Below, one piece after another: positions 19,477 through 29,638 of a stretch of 64,000 bases of DNA. A model generated the notes under the pieces. That model was not told the origin of the DNA. It did no database searches and worked only from the letters and a program-made list of their open reading frames with translations. Position 1 is the first letter of the stretch. Every line of letters begins with the position of its first letter. Source of the stretch: an uncultured delta proteobacterium (GTDB taxonomy: Bacteria; Desulfobacterota; Binatia; Binatales; Binataceae); contig CAVXXK010000001.1 in assembly GCA_963765675.1 (NCBI GenBank), positions 608,001 to 672,000 on the forward strand. The letters run 5' to 3'. Made by a program: the position numbers and the translations under genes.

Positions 19477-20943
19477 ATGACGATGGAAGCAATCAGCCGG
19501 AGCGCGGAGATGGAATCCGATGGACGGCTGATCGTCGTGACCAACCGGGCACCGGTGAAGATAGTCACTCGCGACGACGCGATCCGGGTCGAGACCACAG
19601 TCGGCGGAGTCGCGACGGCGTTCGTCCAGTTGCTCGAGAAATTCGGCGGACTGTGGATCGCCTGGTCAGGCAGCACCGAGGATTTCGGTTCGCTCAGGCT
19701 CCCGGTCGATAATCCACGCTTCTCGATGATCTTGAAGGGGCTCACAGAAGCCGAAACCACGCAGTACTACTGGGGCATGTGCAACCGCGGGTTGTGGCCG
19801 CTGATGCATCAGATGACGGCGAACTGCCGGTTCAACACCCGAGACTGGGTGACTTATCGAGCAGTCAATCAGAGCTTCGCCAATCAATGTCTCGCGCAGG
19901 CGCGCGCCGGCGATACGATTTGGATTCAGGATTTTCATCTGGCGCTGATGCCCGCGATGGTGCGGCGGCAGGCGCCGCATCTGCCAATCGGGGTCTTCTG
20001 GCATGTGCCTTTCCCGCCCGAAGAAGTGCTCAGTAAATTTCCGTGGCGCGACGAATTGCTCGAAGGGATGCTCGGCGCGGATTTGATTGGCTTTCAGACC
20101 GAGGAGCATAGCCGCGCGTTCCTCGAATGCTGCCAGAACCTGCCCGGGGCCGAAGTCGATCGTGAAAACGGCATCGTCATCCGTGGCGGGCACACGGTCC
20201 ACGTCGGCACGTTTCCGATCGGCGCGCCACTCGATAGTTTCCAGCGCTTTGCGGCTGATCCCCACACCGCGCGCCGCGTTCGGCAAATCAGACGCGGAGT
20301 TTACGTCGAAAAATTGATCCTCGGAGTCGATCGGCTCGACTACACCAAGGGACTGCTCGAACGGCTGATGGCATTCGAGCGATTTCTCGAGCGTCATCCG
20401 CGCTACGAAGGACGCGTCACCATGCTGCAGATCGCGGTGCCCTCGCGCACGCGCGTGCCTGAATACATGATGCTGCGGCGGCAGATCGAAGAGCGGGTCG
20501 CGCGAATCGTCGCGCGGTTTTTTCACGACGGATGGTTTCCCGTGCGCTATCTTTACAAACAGTATCCGCCGCAGACGGTGGCCGCATATTATCGCGCCGC
20601 GGATGTCGCGATGGTCACACCGCTGCGCGACGGGATGAACCTCGTCGCCAAGGAATACGTCGCCTCGCGCGTTGACGGTGACGGCGTTCTGGTACTGAGC
20701 AAGCAGGCGGGGGCAGCGAACGAGTTGAAGGAAGCGCTGATAGTCGACCCTACGAATATTGAAGAGCTGGCATCCTCGCTTAAGCGGGCGATCGAGATGG
20801 AACCAGACGAGCGCCGCGCCCGGATGCGCATGCTACGCGCCCGAATCGCCACCAACACCCTAACCGACTGGGCCGACGGCTTCCTGACCGCCCTGCACGA
20901 GGCGCATCAAGTATCACCGGCTCGGCGGACTCTGGCCGTATAG
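19477..20943 (+). CDS. otsA: Trehalose-6-phosphate synthase (GT20)
   Basis: LIVVTNRAP, LWPLMH, WIQDFHL, FWHVPFP, GVDRLDYTKG, PLRDGMNLVAKEY; start reset to ATG 19477. Confidence 0.95.
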   Translation: MTMEAISRSAEMESDGRLIVVTNRAPVKIVTRDDAIRVETTVGGVATAFVQLLEKFGGLWIAWSGSTEDFGSLRLPVDNPRFSMILKGLTEAETTQYYWGMCNRGLWPLMHQMTANCRFNTRDWVTYRAVNQSFANQCLAQARAGDTIWIQDFHLALMPAMVRRQAPHLPIGVFWHVPFPPEEVLSKFPWRDELLEGMLGADLIGFQTEEHSRAFLECCQNLPGAEVDRENGIVIRGGHTVHVGTFPIGAPLDSFQRFAADPHTARRVRQIRRGVYVEKLILGVDRLDYTKGLLERLMAFERFLERHPRYEGRVTMLQIAVPSRTRVPEYMMLRRQIEERVARIVARFFHDGWFPVRYLYKQYPPQTVAAYYRAADVAMVTPLRDGMNLVAKEYVASRVDGDGVLVLSKQAGAANELKEALIVDPTNIEELASSLKRAIEMEPDERRARMRMLRARIATNTLTDWADGFLTALHEAHQVSPARRTLAV

Positions 20944-20995
20944 AAAGACTCCGAATCGCGCGCGATTATCGCCCCGCAAAGACGAGATCCGCCAA

Positions 20996-21490
20996 ATAAA
21001 TCTCTAGGCTTATGCGTTCAACAGCCCATCCAACTTTGGTGATCCGCTTGGGCTCAAAAGCGGCAGCGCTGGTGGTGGCGGTGGCGGAGGTCCTCAGCAT
21101 TGGTCGTGGGATTCGAAAAACCAATGGTGGGATATAACGGTCCCCGGGGTGGAGGGATACTGGATCTTTCTGGGTAATTACTACGCGGGCGTCAATTCGG
21201 GCGCCACAGGGAATCTGTCGCCGATGTCGGCGTTGACCGTAACGTCTAGAGAGGAAATCATTGAGGGACTCGTGTATTTTCTCGGGCCTAAGGTGCGTTT
21301 GCTCGCGCCGATGTTGAACGACGGCGCATTGCTGACCCTTTTACTAGAGCAGGAGGCACAAGCGGCCGCGCGCGCGGCGATGATGGCAACTATCGCTGCC
21401 GACGGCGCAATAGTCGGCACGGCTGCGGCAATAATAGTTTTGACGCCAACAGAGACGGGCTGTGGGCCCGGTGAAACGTGTTCTCCCTGA
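20996..21490 (+). pseudogene. Orphan Rhs C-terminal module (end of Rhs core plus variable C-terminal domain)
   Basis: INL*AYAFNSPSNFGDPLGL matches the Rhs-core end motif NLYxYxxNxPxxxxDPxGL with Y replaced by TAG; in frame with ORF 21149..21490. Confidence 0.75.
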
Positions 21491-21716
21491 ACGCTCCCGA
21501 GCCGCGTTTTCAGCGCTTGGACCACCGGTCATTTGCAGCGAACAAATCGCAACCAGCGGAAATGTCTTCGGCCTATGCCAATCGCTCGCCGACCAGTTTC
21601 CTGAAGCACGATCGCTATATACGAAGAGCTCTCTTCACCCGCATTGGTCACCTGGCGGACAGGGCTAGGCTGCCCGAAACGGAATGATTCTACGAAAAGC
21701 GAACCGCTCCCTGGGA

Positions 21717-23660
21717 CTAATCCGGGGAGCGGATTTCAATTTCGCGGCGGGCGCCGGAAGAAAGCTTTATGCTTCGAGGCGCGGTGCTCGAGGCGTCGGC
21801 GCGCGAGGTGTCGAGCGTCAGGCCGCGGGTTTGCTCGGTGAAGAGCCTGGCGTAGGTTCCGCCGCGGCGCAGCAGTTCGCTATGCGTTCCGACCTCGACC
21901 ACGCTGCCCTTGTCGAGCACCACGATCAGGTCCGCCGTCATCGCACTGCGCAGGCGATGCGCGATCAGGAAGACCGTGCGGCCGTCCATCAGGCGCTCCA
22001 TCGCTTCGTGGATCAGATTCTCCGACTCGGAATCGACCGCCGAGGTCGCTTCGTCGAGGATCACGATCTTCGAATCCTTCAGGAAGGCGCGCGCGAGCGC
22101 CAGGCGTTGGCGTTGTCCGCCGGAGATCTTCACGCCGCGCTCGCCGATAACCGTGTCGAGCCGGTCCGGCAGCTCTTCGACGAACTCGGCCAGGTTCGCC
22201 ATCTCGAGCGCCTGCCAGAGCATCGCTTCGGTCGCCTCGGGGCGCGCGTAGAGCAGATTGTCGCGGACGGTGGCGCTGAACAGCAGCGCTTCCTGGGTTA
22301 CCAGGCTTACGCTGTCGCGCAGCGACTTGAGCGTGAAGTGGCGCACGTCCTTGCCGTCGACCAGAACTCTGCCGGTCGTGGTGTCGTAGAAGCGCGGGAT
22401 CAGATTGGCCAGCGTGGTCTTGCCCGCGCCCGAGCGGCCGACCAGCGCGACGCGCGCGCCGCCCTGCACGTGCAGATCGATCTGATTGAGCACGTTGCGG
22501 CGCTCGCTGCCGTCGCGCGGCGTGTAGCTGAAATTGACGCCCTCGAAATCCACCGAGCCCTTCTTCACCTTGAACGGGCGGGCCAGGGGATGATCGGTGA
22601 TTTCGGGTTTGAGATCGAGAAAGCCGAAGATCCGCTCGATCGCCGCCATCGAGGCCGACACGATCACTGAAAGCTGCGCGAAACGCTCCAGCGGCAGATA
22701 CAGGAATCCGAGGTAGGTGAAGAAGGCGATGAGCGTGCCGAGCGTGATACTTCCGCGCATGATCATCAGTGCGCCAACCCATACCACTACGATCGGCGCG
22801 CTGCGGGTCAGAAGCTGAATCAACATCTCCTGCGCGGCTGCCAGCCGAACCTTGTCGACCGAACGCGCGTAGAGCTGTTCACCGCGGCCGCGGAAGCGAT
22901 CAATTTCCTGAGCCTCGCGTCCGAACGACTTGACGGTGGCCGCGCCGACGACGCGCTCGTGAACCTCGGCGTTGATGTCGGCGACCGCCTCTTGCATCCG
23001 ATGGCTGACGGCCTTGATGCGCGGCGAAAAGACGCGCATGAACGTGACCCATACCGGCGCGATCGCAATCGCCACCAGCGCAAGCCGCCAGTCCATCGCA
23101 AACAGCACCAAGATGACCAGGCCGAGCGAGACCGCGTCCATCCAGACGTCGATCAGAGCCGAGCTGACGAGCTCATTGGCCTGGGAGACGTCGTTCAGGA
23201 CTCGCGAAACAACCATGCCCGACGGGTTACGGTCGAAAAACGAATGTGGCAGCCGCTGCAGATGCGCGAACAGCTTGCATTGGATGTCGAAGATGAGATG
23301 GTTGCCGGCGATTCCGCCCCAGTAGTTGCGATAATAGCTCGCGACAGATTGAATCGCGTAAAGCGCCAGCATCGCGATGCTCAGCACCGCAAGCTTGTCT
23401 TGCGCAGTGACGCCGAGCCCGAGCAGAGTGGCGGCGTGAATGCATAGATGGTCGATAGTACCGCTGATCGCGTCCATTTTGGGCTGCGAAGCGACCAGAA
23501 CGTCGATGACGTATTTGAAGGCTAGGGGGAAGGCGAGCGGAAGCGTGAATTTACCGACACCCATCAAGGCTGCCCCGATGACATACCTCATATGGGGCCT
23601 TATGTACGCTAAAAATCTGACCAGAGGGCGGTCCGAGGGAGAAATAGCGCTGTTGTCCAC
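21717..23660 (-). CDS. ABC transporter permease/ATP-binding protein (MsbA/Sav1866-type exporter)
   Basis: TM domain plus GRSGAGKT, ISGGQRQR, ILDEATS, IAHRL; GTG 23660 after AAGGAAAGG. Confidence 0.93.
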   Translation of the reverse strand: MDNSAISPSDRPLVRFLAYIRPHMRYVIGAALMGVGKFTLPLAFPLAFKYVIDVLVASQPKMDAISGTIDHLCIHAATLLGLGVTAQDKLAVLSIAMLALYAIQSVASYYRNYWGGIAGNHLIFDIQCKLFAHLQRLPHSFFDRNPSGMVVSRVLNDVSQANELVSSALIDVWMDAVSLGLVILVLFAMDWRLALVAIAIAPVWVTFMRVFSPRIKAVSHRMQEAVADINAEVHERVVGAATVKSFGREAQEIDRFRGRGEQLYARSVDKVRLAAAQEMLIQLLTRSAPIVVVWVGALMIMRGSITLGTLIAFFTYLGFLYLPLERFAQLSVIVSASMAAIERIFGFLDLKPEITDHPLARPFKVKKGSVDFEGVNFSYTPRDGSERRNVLNQIDLHVQGGARVALVGRSGAGKTTLANLIPRFYDTTTGRVLVDGKDVRHFTLKSLRDSVSLVTQEALLFSATVRDNLLYARPEATEAMLWQALEMANLAEFVEELPDRLDTVIGERGVKISGGQRQRLALARAFLKDSKIVILDEATSAVDSESENLIHEAMERLMDGRTVFLIAHRLRSAMTADLIVVLDKGSVVEVGTHSELLRRGGTYARLFTEQTRGLTLDTSRADASSTAPRSIKLSSGARREIEIRSPD

Positions 23661-23935
23661 TAGCCTTTCCTTTGCGCGATGCTGAGATCCGGTCAAAAAA
23701 ACAGATGCAATTTGAACAACTGCAACTGTCGTACCCCTTCGGACTGCCAAAAAGTGCAGGTATCTCAAGGATTTTTCTGATGTCCTCGTGACCGCCTCCA
23801 TACGGTTTGGTAGGCTGTCTGCCTCATTTCGGAAAGTCGCCGGAGGGCGTCTGTTGAACGATCTGACTCGGTCCTGTTGGCCGCGAGCGAAATAAGAGCG
23901 ATAGTCATCGCACCGAAAGCACCGACCTGGGCAAG

Positions 23936-25312
23936 ATGGGGCGATGGATGGGGCAGACGACGGCGCAACGGACCGGTGCCGGGGTGAATGATCGGTCTGG
24001 GCAGAGCGAGGCTTCGGCGTCGGCTTCGTTCGCGATTATCGCCGCGATCGTTATCCTGCTGGTCTATCAGGGTTACACGCTATCGGTGGCGGGAGTCGCC
24101 TCACCCTGGATCGCAAAGAGCTTCGATCTCACCCAACCCGAGCTCGCGCGATTGTTCGCCTGGATGTCTATCTCGGCGTTCGGTTCGCTGTTGCTCGCGC
24201 GATTGGCGGACAAAGTCGGTCGGCGGCGGATAATTATCGCGAGTCTCTTCCTGACACCGATTTTTTCCGCGGGCGCGGCGATCTCACCGCATGCGATTTC
24301 CTTTGCGGTGTTTCAGATCCTCATCTCGGCGCTGCTCGGCGGATCGGTCTCGTCGGCGATCGTCCTGCTGGCGGAGGAATTGCCCGTCGAGCGGCGCGCG
24401 CAAGGCCAAGGCTTCGCGGCCTTCGCGAGCGCGGTCGGCGGCGTGCTCGGATACTTGCTGATCCCATTCCTGCTCAAATGGGGATATTCGTGGCGATGGC
24501 TCCTGGCACCGTCCGTAGCGGGGGCGGTCCTGGTCTGGCCGGTCGCGCGGATGCTGCCGGCGGAGAAACGCTTCGCGCGCAAGCATGCGATCCAGTCGCG
24601 CACCCAGAGCCATTTTTACGACATCCTGCATCCGCTATACCGCCGCCGATCGCTGACTCTGCTCGCCTGCGCCGCGCTCGACACGATGGCGGGAACAGCA
24701 GTCAACGGATGGCTCTATTTCGAGGCGGTCTCGATAATCGGCCTCGCACCCGGCAACGCGAGCACGCTGGTGGTCGTCGGGATGGTGGTCGGGATGGTCG
24801 GGTTTCCGATCGGGGCGTGGACCTCGGAGCATCTGGGGCGCGTTCCGACCGTCGCATGGTTCGGCGGCGCGGCGTGGCTCGGCGCGATCGGGTTTTATTG
24901 GGGTCCGGCCGGCACCACGAGCCATCCGATGTTTTTTCTTCTCGCCACTTATTGCTGGTTCAAGGTCGGTTCATCGATCATGACGGTTGGCGCAAACGCC
25001 GCGGCAACCGAACTGTTTCCAGCCGACCTGCGCACCACGATGGTTGGATGGCAGATGATCACGGGCGCAATCTTCTCGATGCTGGCGCAGGTGGTAATTT
25101 CCGGGCTCATCGGGCCGCTCGGCGGACTCGAAAATGTGATCCGGTACTTTGCGCTGCTCGGGATTCCCAGCGCGATCCTGTTCGGCGCATTTATCGACGA
25201 GACGCGCGGAATGACGCTTGCGGCGTCGTCGAAAGAAGCGCTTTGGGATCGGCTGCGTGGCCTGCCCAAGGACAATCCTGAAGAAGCAGCAGCGGAAAAT
25301 TCCTCCAAATAG
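23936..25312 (+). CDS. MFS transporter
   Basis: About 12 hydrophobic segments, motif A LADKVGRRR, EELPVERRAQG, ELFPADLR. Confidence 0.9.
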   Translation: MGRWMGQTTAQRTGAGVNDRSGQSEASASASFAIIAAIVILLVYQGYTLSVAGVASPWIAKSFDLTQPELARLFAWMSISAFGSLLLARLADKVGRRRIIIASLFLTPIFSAGAAISPHAISFAVFQILISALLGGSVSSAIVLLAEELPVERRAQGQGFAAFASAVGGVLGYLLIPFLLKWGYSWRWLLAPSVAGAVLVWPVARMLPAEKRFARKHAIQSRTQSHFYDILHPLYRRRSLTLLACAALDTMAGTAVNGWLYFEAVSIIGLAPGNASTLVVVGMVVGMVGFPIGAWTSEHLGRVPTVAWFGGAAWLGAIGFYWGPAGTTSHPMFFLLATYCWFKVGSSIMTVGANAAATELFPADLRTTMVGWQMITGAIFSMLAQVVISGLIGPLGGLENVIRYFALLGIPSAILFGAFIDETRGMTLAASSKEALWDRLRGLPKDNPEEAAAENSSK

Positions 25313-25345
25313 GAACCCAAATCGAACCCACCGCAAATTGAGCCG

Positions 25346-26910
25346 ATGACGACCAGGACCAAATCGCCACTTCGAATTCCGCTTGGAGCATTGGTCGTGC
25401 TCTGGCTCGTGTTCGGTATAGCCGTTCAGGGAATTGCCGCGCGCCATCGCCACGCCAGGCATACGCCCACGCCGAGCGCCTCGCCGACCGCGACGCCCGT
25501 CCCTACAGAGCCGCTGGTGCTCGTAACCGGAGGCGTCGGCTCGTTGCGCTCACTGACCGCGACCAGTCCTACGGTCCTCGACACGGCAGAGGTCTATGAG
25601 CCGGCGGCGGGAGTATTTCTGCCGATCGCTAAAATGAAGGAGCGCCGGGACCGCCAGTTCTCCGTCCGCCTCGAGGACGGCCGCGTGCTGATCGGCGGCG
25701 GCGCCGATACGCTTTTGGTGCCGATGATCCTGTTCCCGGGACCGCCGATGCCCTCGACGCTCGGGTCGACGGAGATTTTCGATCCCGCGACGGGCGCATT
25801 CACTCTCGCAGCCACGATGATCGACGCGCGCGACGAACCCACCGGCACGCTCTTGCCCAGCGGCAAAGTTCTCGTCGCGGGCGGCGGCGATGTCGAAACC
25901 GAACTCTACGATCCAGCCGCGAACAAATTTACCGCGACCGGCAAGCTGAACTCCGCGCGCTTCGGACAAACCGCTACGCTCACCGCCGATGGATTGGTGC
26001 TGATCGCTGGCGGCGGAACCGCCGACGCGGAGATCTACAATCCGGCCACGGGAAAATTCGCAGCCGCCGGCACGATGAGTACCGACCGCATCTACCACAC
26101 CGCGACGCTGCTCGAGGACGGACGCGTGCTGATCGCGGGTGGCAGTCCCTACGCGCGCCGCGCTCCGCTGGACACGACGGATATCTACGACCCAAAGACC
26201 GGCAAGTTCAGCCCCGGACCGAAAATGACCAAGCCGCGCGCCGGTCAGACCGCGACCCTGCTCAAGGACGGCCGCGTGCTTTTAGCTGGAGGCAGCGCGG
26301 ACAATTCCGCCGAGCTTTTCGATCCGGCGACCAACAAATTCACCGCTACATCGCCGATGAACGCGCGCCGGTACGGCCAGTTCGCCGAGCCCCTACCGGA
26401 CGGCAAAGTCTTGATCGGCGGAGGATGGGACGCGAACTATAGCCCACTGGCGAGTGCCGAGCTTTTCGATCCGGCGACGGGTCATTTCACGCCTACCGGG
26501 GAGATGACGCACGCTCGCGCCGGCGCAACCGCAAACCTGATTTCAGCGAAAACTCCGATCACCTGGTTCCTGCCAACTCCAACCGCCACCGCGACTGCGA
26601 CTTCGACGCCGACAGCAACCGCCACGGCGACTCGCGACTTCGACGCCGACAGCAACTGTAACGGCAACTCCAACCCCGACAATGACCGCGACTGCCACCG
26701 CATCAAAGACGCCAACCGCGACTGCAACTGCGAAGCCAATGCATCCGATACGCAGCGACAACCCGACCACCAAACCTTCGCCAAAGCCGGCGCGAACTCC
26801 GGCCATCATCGCGACGGCGACTAGCCGGCTGCGACGATCGCACAACCGCAACGCCGGCCGCGTCCGCATCTCCGCAAGCCTCAAGCACGCCGTCAACGGC
26901 CGACCTCTAG
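25346..26910 (+). CDS. Secreted kelch-repeat beta-propeller protein with a Pro/Thr-rich tail (tail frameshifted near 26633 and probably again downstream)
   Basis: Repeated R-x-x-(H/Q)TATLLxDGRVLIAGG...AE(L/I)(F/Y)DPATG blades; the TPTATAT tail continues in other frames, likely ending ...SSTPSTADL* at 26910. Confidence 0.75.
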
Positions 26911-26955
26911 AGGCTGTCGAAGGGTCGTTGATCATCGACGGTCCTCGATGCTGAG

Positions 26956-27085
26956 GTGTCATTCCGGCGCGTGTGGCGGCCGCGCGCGAGGAATCCCGAG
27001 ACGCTCTTGCACTTACTCGAGTAGCAGATAGGCGAGCGAGCAAGAACGGGATTCCTCGCGCGGCAGCCACGCGCGGGAATGACAC
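26956..27085. repeat. REPIN-like palindromic repeat, copy C
   Basis: GTGTCATTCC...GCGAGGAATCCCG...CGGGATTCCTCGCGCGGCAGCCACGCGCGGGAATGACAC; right arm identical to copy D. Confidence 0.8.
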
Positions 27086-27216
27086 TCGGGACGCGCTGCA
27101 ACAGTCGGAACGCAAATGACCGCCTGTCGAATACTGAAAGCTAATCAAACTCGTCAGCGCGAGAATCCGGTTGCTTAGAGAAGACGATCGATAATTCCCG
27201 AGGCGCGATCTGTAAT

Positions 27217-27284
27217 GACCGGCGAGACGCCGGTCCTACTGAATAAGGCCTAATGCCAGTAGGGCCGCCCCCCTCGGCGGCCTC
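27217..27284. repeat. GTAG-type REP doublet
   Basis: GACCGGCGAGACGCCGGTC-CTAC ... GTAG-GGCCGCCCCCCTCGGCGGCC; similar units at about 4881-4905 and 61086-61109. Confidence 0.65.
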
Positions 27285-27401
27285 TTACCTGCGCAAGTGT
27301 CTCAGCTTTGCGGCAACGCGAAAGATTTGAAATACCACCCGATGTCAAAGATTAGCCATCTTTGCTATTATCTTGGCGTATCCTGGATTGGAGTAATACC
27401 G

Positions 27402-27677
27402 ATGAATGTCTCTCTAACCCCCGAATTGGAAGAAATCGTCGCCGCGCGCGTCAGCTCGGGCCGCTACGCCTCGGCCAGCGAGGTGATCCGCGAAGCGCTC
27501 CGGCTTTTGGAAGAGCGCGACCAGCTCAATGAGTTGCGCAAAGATGTTCGGCTTGGACTCGAGCAACTCGACCAACGCCGACACCGCCCCTTCGATGCCA
27601 AAGCTGTGGAGCGCATAAAAAGCCAAGGACGGAAACGAGTCGCCGCATCGAACTCGCACAAGGTCCGCTCGCGGTGA
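27402..27677 (+). CDS. parD: ParD-like type II antitoxin (CopG/RHH)
   Basis: MNVSLTPELEEIVAARVSSGRYASASEVIREALRLLEE signature. Confidence 0.9.
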   Translation: MNVSLTPELEEIVAARVSSGRYASASEVIREALRLLEERDQLNELRKDVRLGLEQLDQRRHRPFDAKAVERIKSQGRKRVAASNSHKVRSR

Positions 27678-27739
27678 GCGAGGTAGTACTTTCAGAACTC
27701 GCCGAGGCCGACATCGCGGCAAGTGGGATTAGCAGGTGA
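27674..27739 (+). pseudogene. Truncated ParE/RelE toxin N-terminus
   Basis: GTGA overlap with the parD stop; MSEVVLSELAEADIAA fits the ParE N-terminal xLSxxAxxD(L/I) pattern, then stops after 21 codons. Confidence 0.65.
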
Positions 27740-27919
27740 GCAACAGGAGTTTTGGAGGCGACGGTGTACTGCCCTGGGAGAAATCAGTCGGCTAAGCCTT
27801 TGGTCAGAACACTAGCGAAAGCCGCGTACCAGCTGAGTCACGACCCGGACTGTTCCAATCATCGAATCGAGAGCTTAATCTCGTTTCTGGCGCCTTCAAA
27901 CGGCGATAGGTAATCTTGG

Positions 27920-28501
27920 ATGGCCGAAACGATCCAATCAGATGCAGTAGACCTCGGGCCTATCCCACTAGAGCTATTCCAGAAGTGCTATCAGGTGGTC
28001 AGAACGACACATCGCCACAAAGGTGCCGGCGATCTTCCTACGCGGATAACTGCAGCCGGTAAAGATTATATGACGGTTCTCGTGTTGATTCCGGCCAGTA
28101 GGCAATTGATGCGCACGATCGATGCGAGCTTCAAGCTCACGCTATTAACGTGGCTTGCCGGAGGCGCTCTTGTGGCTGGCTCGTTTCTTTTGACGCGCTG
28201 GATGCTTCTGGCTCTGCCGCTCGTCGCGTTTGCCTTGTGGCGACTGAGATCAAGCAAGAAGGATTCTTGGATGTTCGAAGCTAGCGTCTTACTCGCTCTG
28301 GATGTGCTAGCGAATGACTTTGTTGGCTGGGGTACCGCCCTTCCCGCAGCTCGCCGCCAAGCGCTCGAGATCCTGGGAGGTTCTCCTTCCTCGGACTGGC
28401 TGGACTATTACCTTCCTCGTCGGGCGACTCTTGACGCAGAGAAAACTTATAAGGCTATGGGACCGAATGCAGGAATCGGCGCATCGCCAATTTGTTCGTA
28501 A
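27920..28501 (+). CDS. Hypothetical membrane protein
   Basis: 193-aa ORF with two adjacent hydrophobic helices, in a visibly lower-GC segment. Confidence 0.6.
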   Translation: MAETIQSDAVDLGPIPLELFQKCYQVVRTTHRHKGAGDLPTRITAAGKDYMTVLVLIPASRQLMRTIDASFKLTLLTWLAGGALVAGSFLLTRWMLLALPLVAFALWRLRSSKKDSWMFEASVLLALDVLANDFVGWGTALPAARRQALEILGGSPSSDWLDYYLPRRATLDAEKTYKAMGPNAGIGASPICS

Positions 28502-28821
28502 AGGGTTTTATCATCGTGGACACATTACAATGGCGTAGCCACCGGTGGGCCGTGCCTAACGGTGAAAGAATTGAGAACGTTGGCAAGAAGCGCTGGCGAT
28601 TCACCTGTACGGCATGCGGCAGGGCATTTGTCATGGATCACACAGCCAATCAGAAATGGGCCATAAATCAATACCAGAAGGTTTACTTTGGTGCGTCCGG
28701 GGACCAGGACGCGGCTCTTGAAGAAGGGGTTTCGAAGCGGTGGTTGAATGAGCTTTGTCCAAAAAAATATCTTCCGACTGATGATGTCGATCGGAAGAAA
28801 ATACCGAATGTGAGCGGTTAA
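28492..28821 (+). CDS. Hypothetical protein with CxxC (possible zinc ribbon)
   Basis: HRW...CTACGRAF...RWLNELCP; start may be GTG 28516. Confidence 0.55.
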   Translation: MFVKGFIIVDTLQWRSHRWAVPNGERIENVGKKRWRFTCTACGRAFVMDHTANQKWAINQYQKVYFGASGDQDAALEEGVSKRWLNELCPKKYLPTDDVDRKKIPNVSG

Positions 28822-28831
28822 CCTCAGTGCG

Positions 28832-29029
28832 TCATCGCGTTCCTCCGATGTATTCAAGCAATGCCGCGTTGATCAGAGTCTGATAATTGTCGCCGCCGGC
28901 GCGATCCACTGTGCTTTGAAAATGTTTGATCACGTCATTGTCGAGGCGAATCATGATTCGAGTCTTTCCGGGAGCCGCAGTCACGACGGGACCTCGCCGC
29001 GCCTTGCTGAAATCATATGGTCTTTTCAT
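28832..29029 (-). CDS. BrnA-family antitoxin, copy 2 (shortened)
   Basis: MKRPYDFSKARRG...KTRIMIRLDNDVIKHF...NYQTLINAAL. Confidence 0.8.
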   Translation of the reverse strand: MKRPYDFSKARRGPVVTAAPGKTRIMIRLDNDVIKHFQSTVDRAGGDNYQTLINAALLEYIGGTR

Positions 29030-29090
29030 TCGTGGACAGATGTACACGGAACGGGCTGCTGGATCGACGGTGGGGCGCAGCCCGGCAAGA

Positions 29091-29280
29091 GCTATTCCCT
29101 TACTTCGACGGTGACCGAGTGCGGCTTCTTCAGGACTTCGACGGCTACTGCGGTGTCGGTGCGGCGCATCAGGAGGGAGATCGATTCGGTGCCGACGCGG
29201 AGGTCTTCGAGCTTCAGCCATTGGAGCCAGGTCGGCATCGCGGGTGATTCGATCGTTACGCGTTTGGCGGCGCCGCTGAT
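29091..29280. repeat. 190-bp direct repeat of the 3' end of the debranching-enzyme gene (other copy at 29638..29827)
   Basis: GCTATTCCCTTACTTCGACGG...CGCCGCTGAT present twice; two mismatches seen by eye. Confidence 0.95.
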
Positions 29281-29289
29281 CTCCTCGCT

Positions 29290-29559
29290 TCACGCCGGTT
29301 TGGCCAAGGATTCTCTCATCGCGCCGACCTCGGCGCGGACCGCTCGGCGTACGACGGTTTCGAGGCGCGCGCCTCGGATGTATTCGCGCAACGCTTCGTT
29401 GATGAGGGTCTGATAATTGCCGCCGCCGGCACGATCCACGGCGCTCTGAAAATGCTCGATCACGTCGTTGTCGAGCCGAATCGTGATTCGAGTCTTTCCC
29501 GGAGTCGGCGGCACGACCGGGCCTCGCTGCGCCTTGCTGAAATCGTATTGTCTTTTCAT
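29290..29559 (-). CDS. BrnA-family antitoxin, copy 1
   Basis: MKRQYDFSKAQRG...KTRITIRLDNDVIEHF...GNYQTLINEALREY. Confidence 0.88.
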   Translation of the reverse strand: MKRQYDFSKAQRGPVVPPTPGKTRITIRLDNDVIEHFQSAVDRAGGGNYQTLINEALREYIRGARLETVVRRAVRAEVGAMRESLAKPA

Positions 29560-29638
29560 TCGTGCATAGATGTACACCGAATTGGCCTCTGGGTCGACGA
29601 CGCGGCCTTATGATCGCGTCAGCGCAATTCGGCGGGGG

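Noticed and set aside
26575-26740. ACNGCN repeats as a functional DNA repeat or phase-variation tract
   Set aside because: Degenerate codons of a Thr/Ala/Pro linker; no exact repeat unit.
28832-29293. 153-aa ORF as a single gene
   Set aside because: Its N-terminal part is an off-frame reading of the duplicated 190-bp segment; only 28832..29029 is brnA-like.
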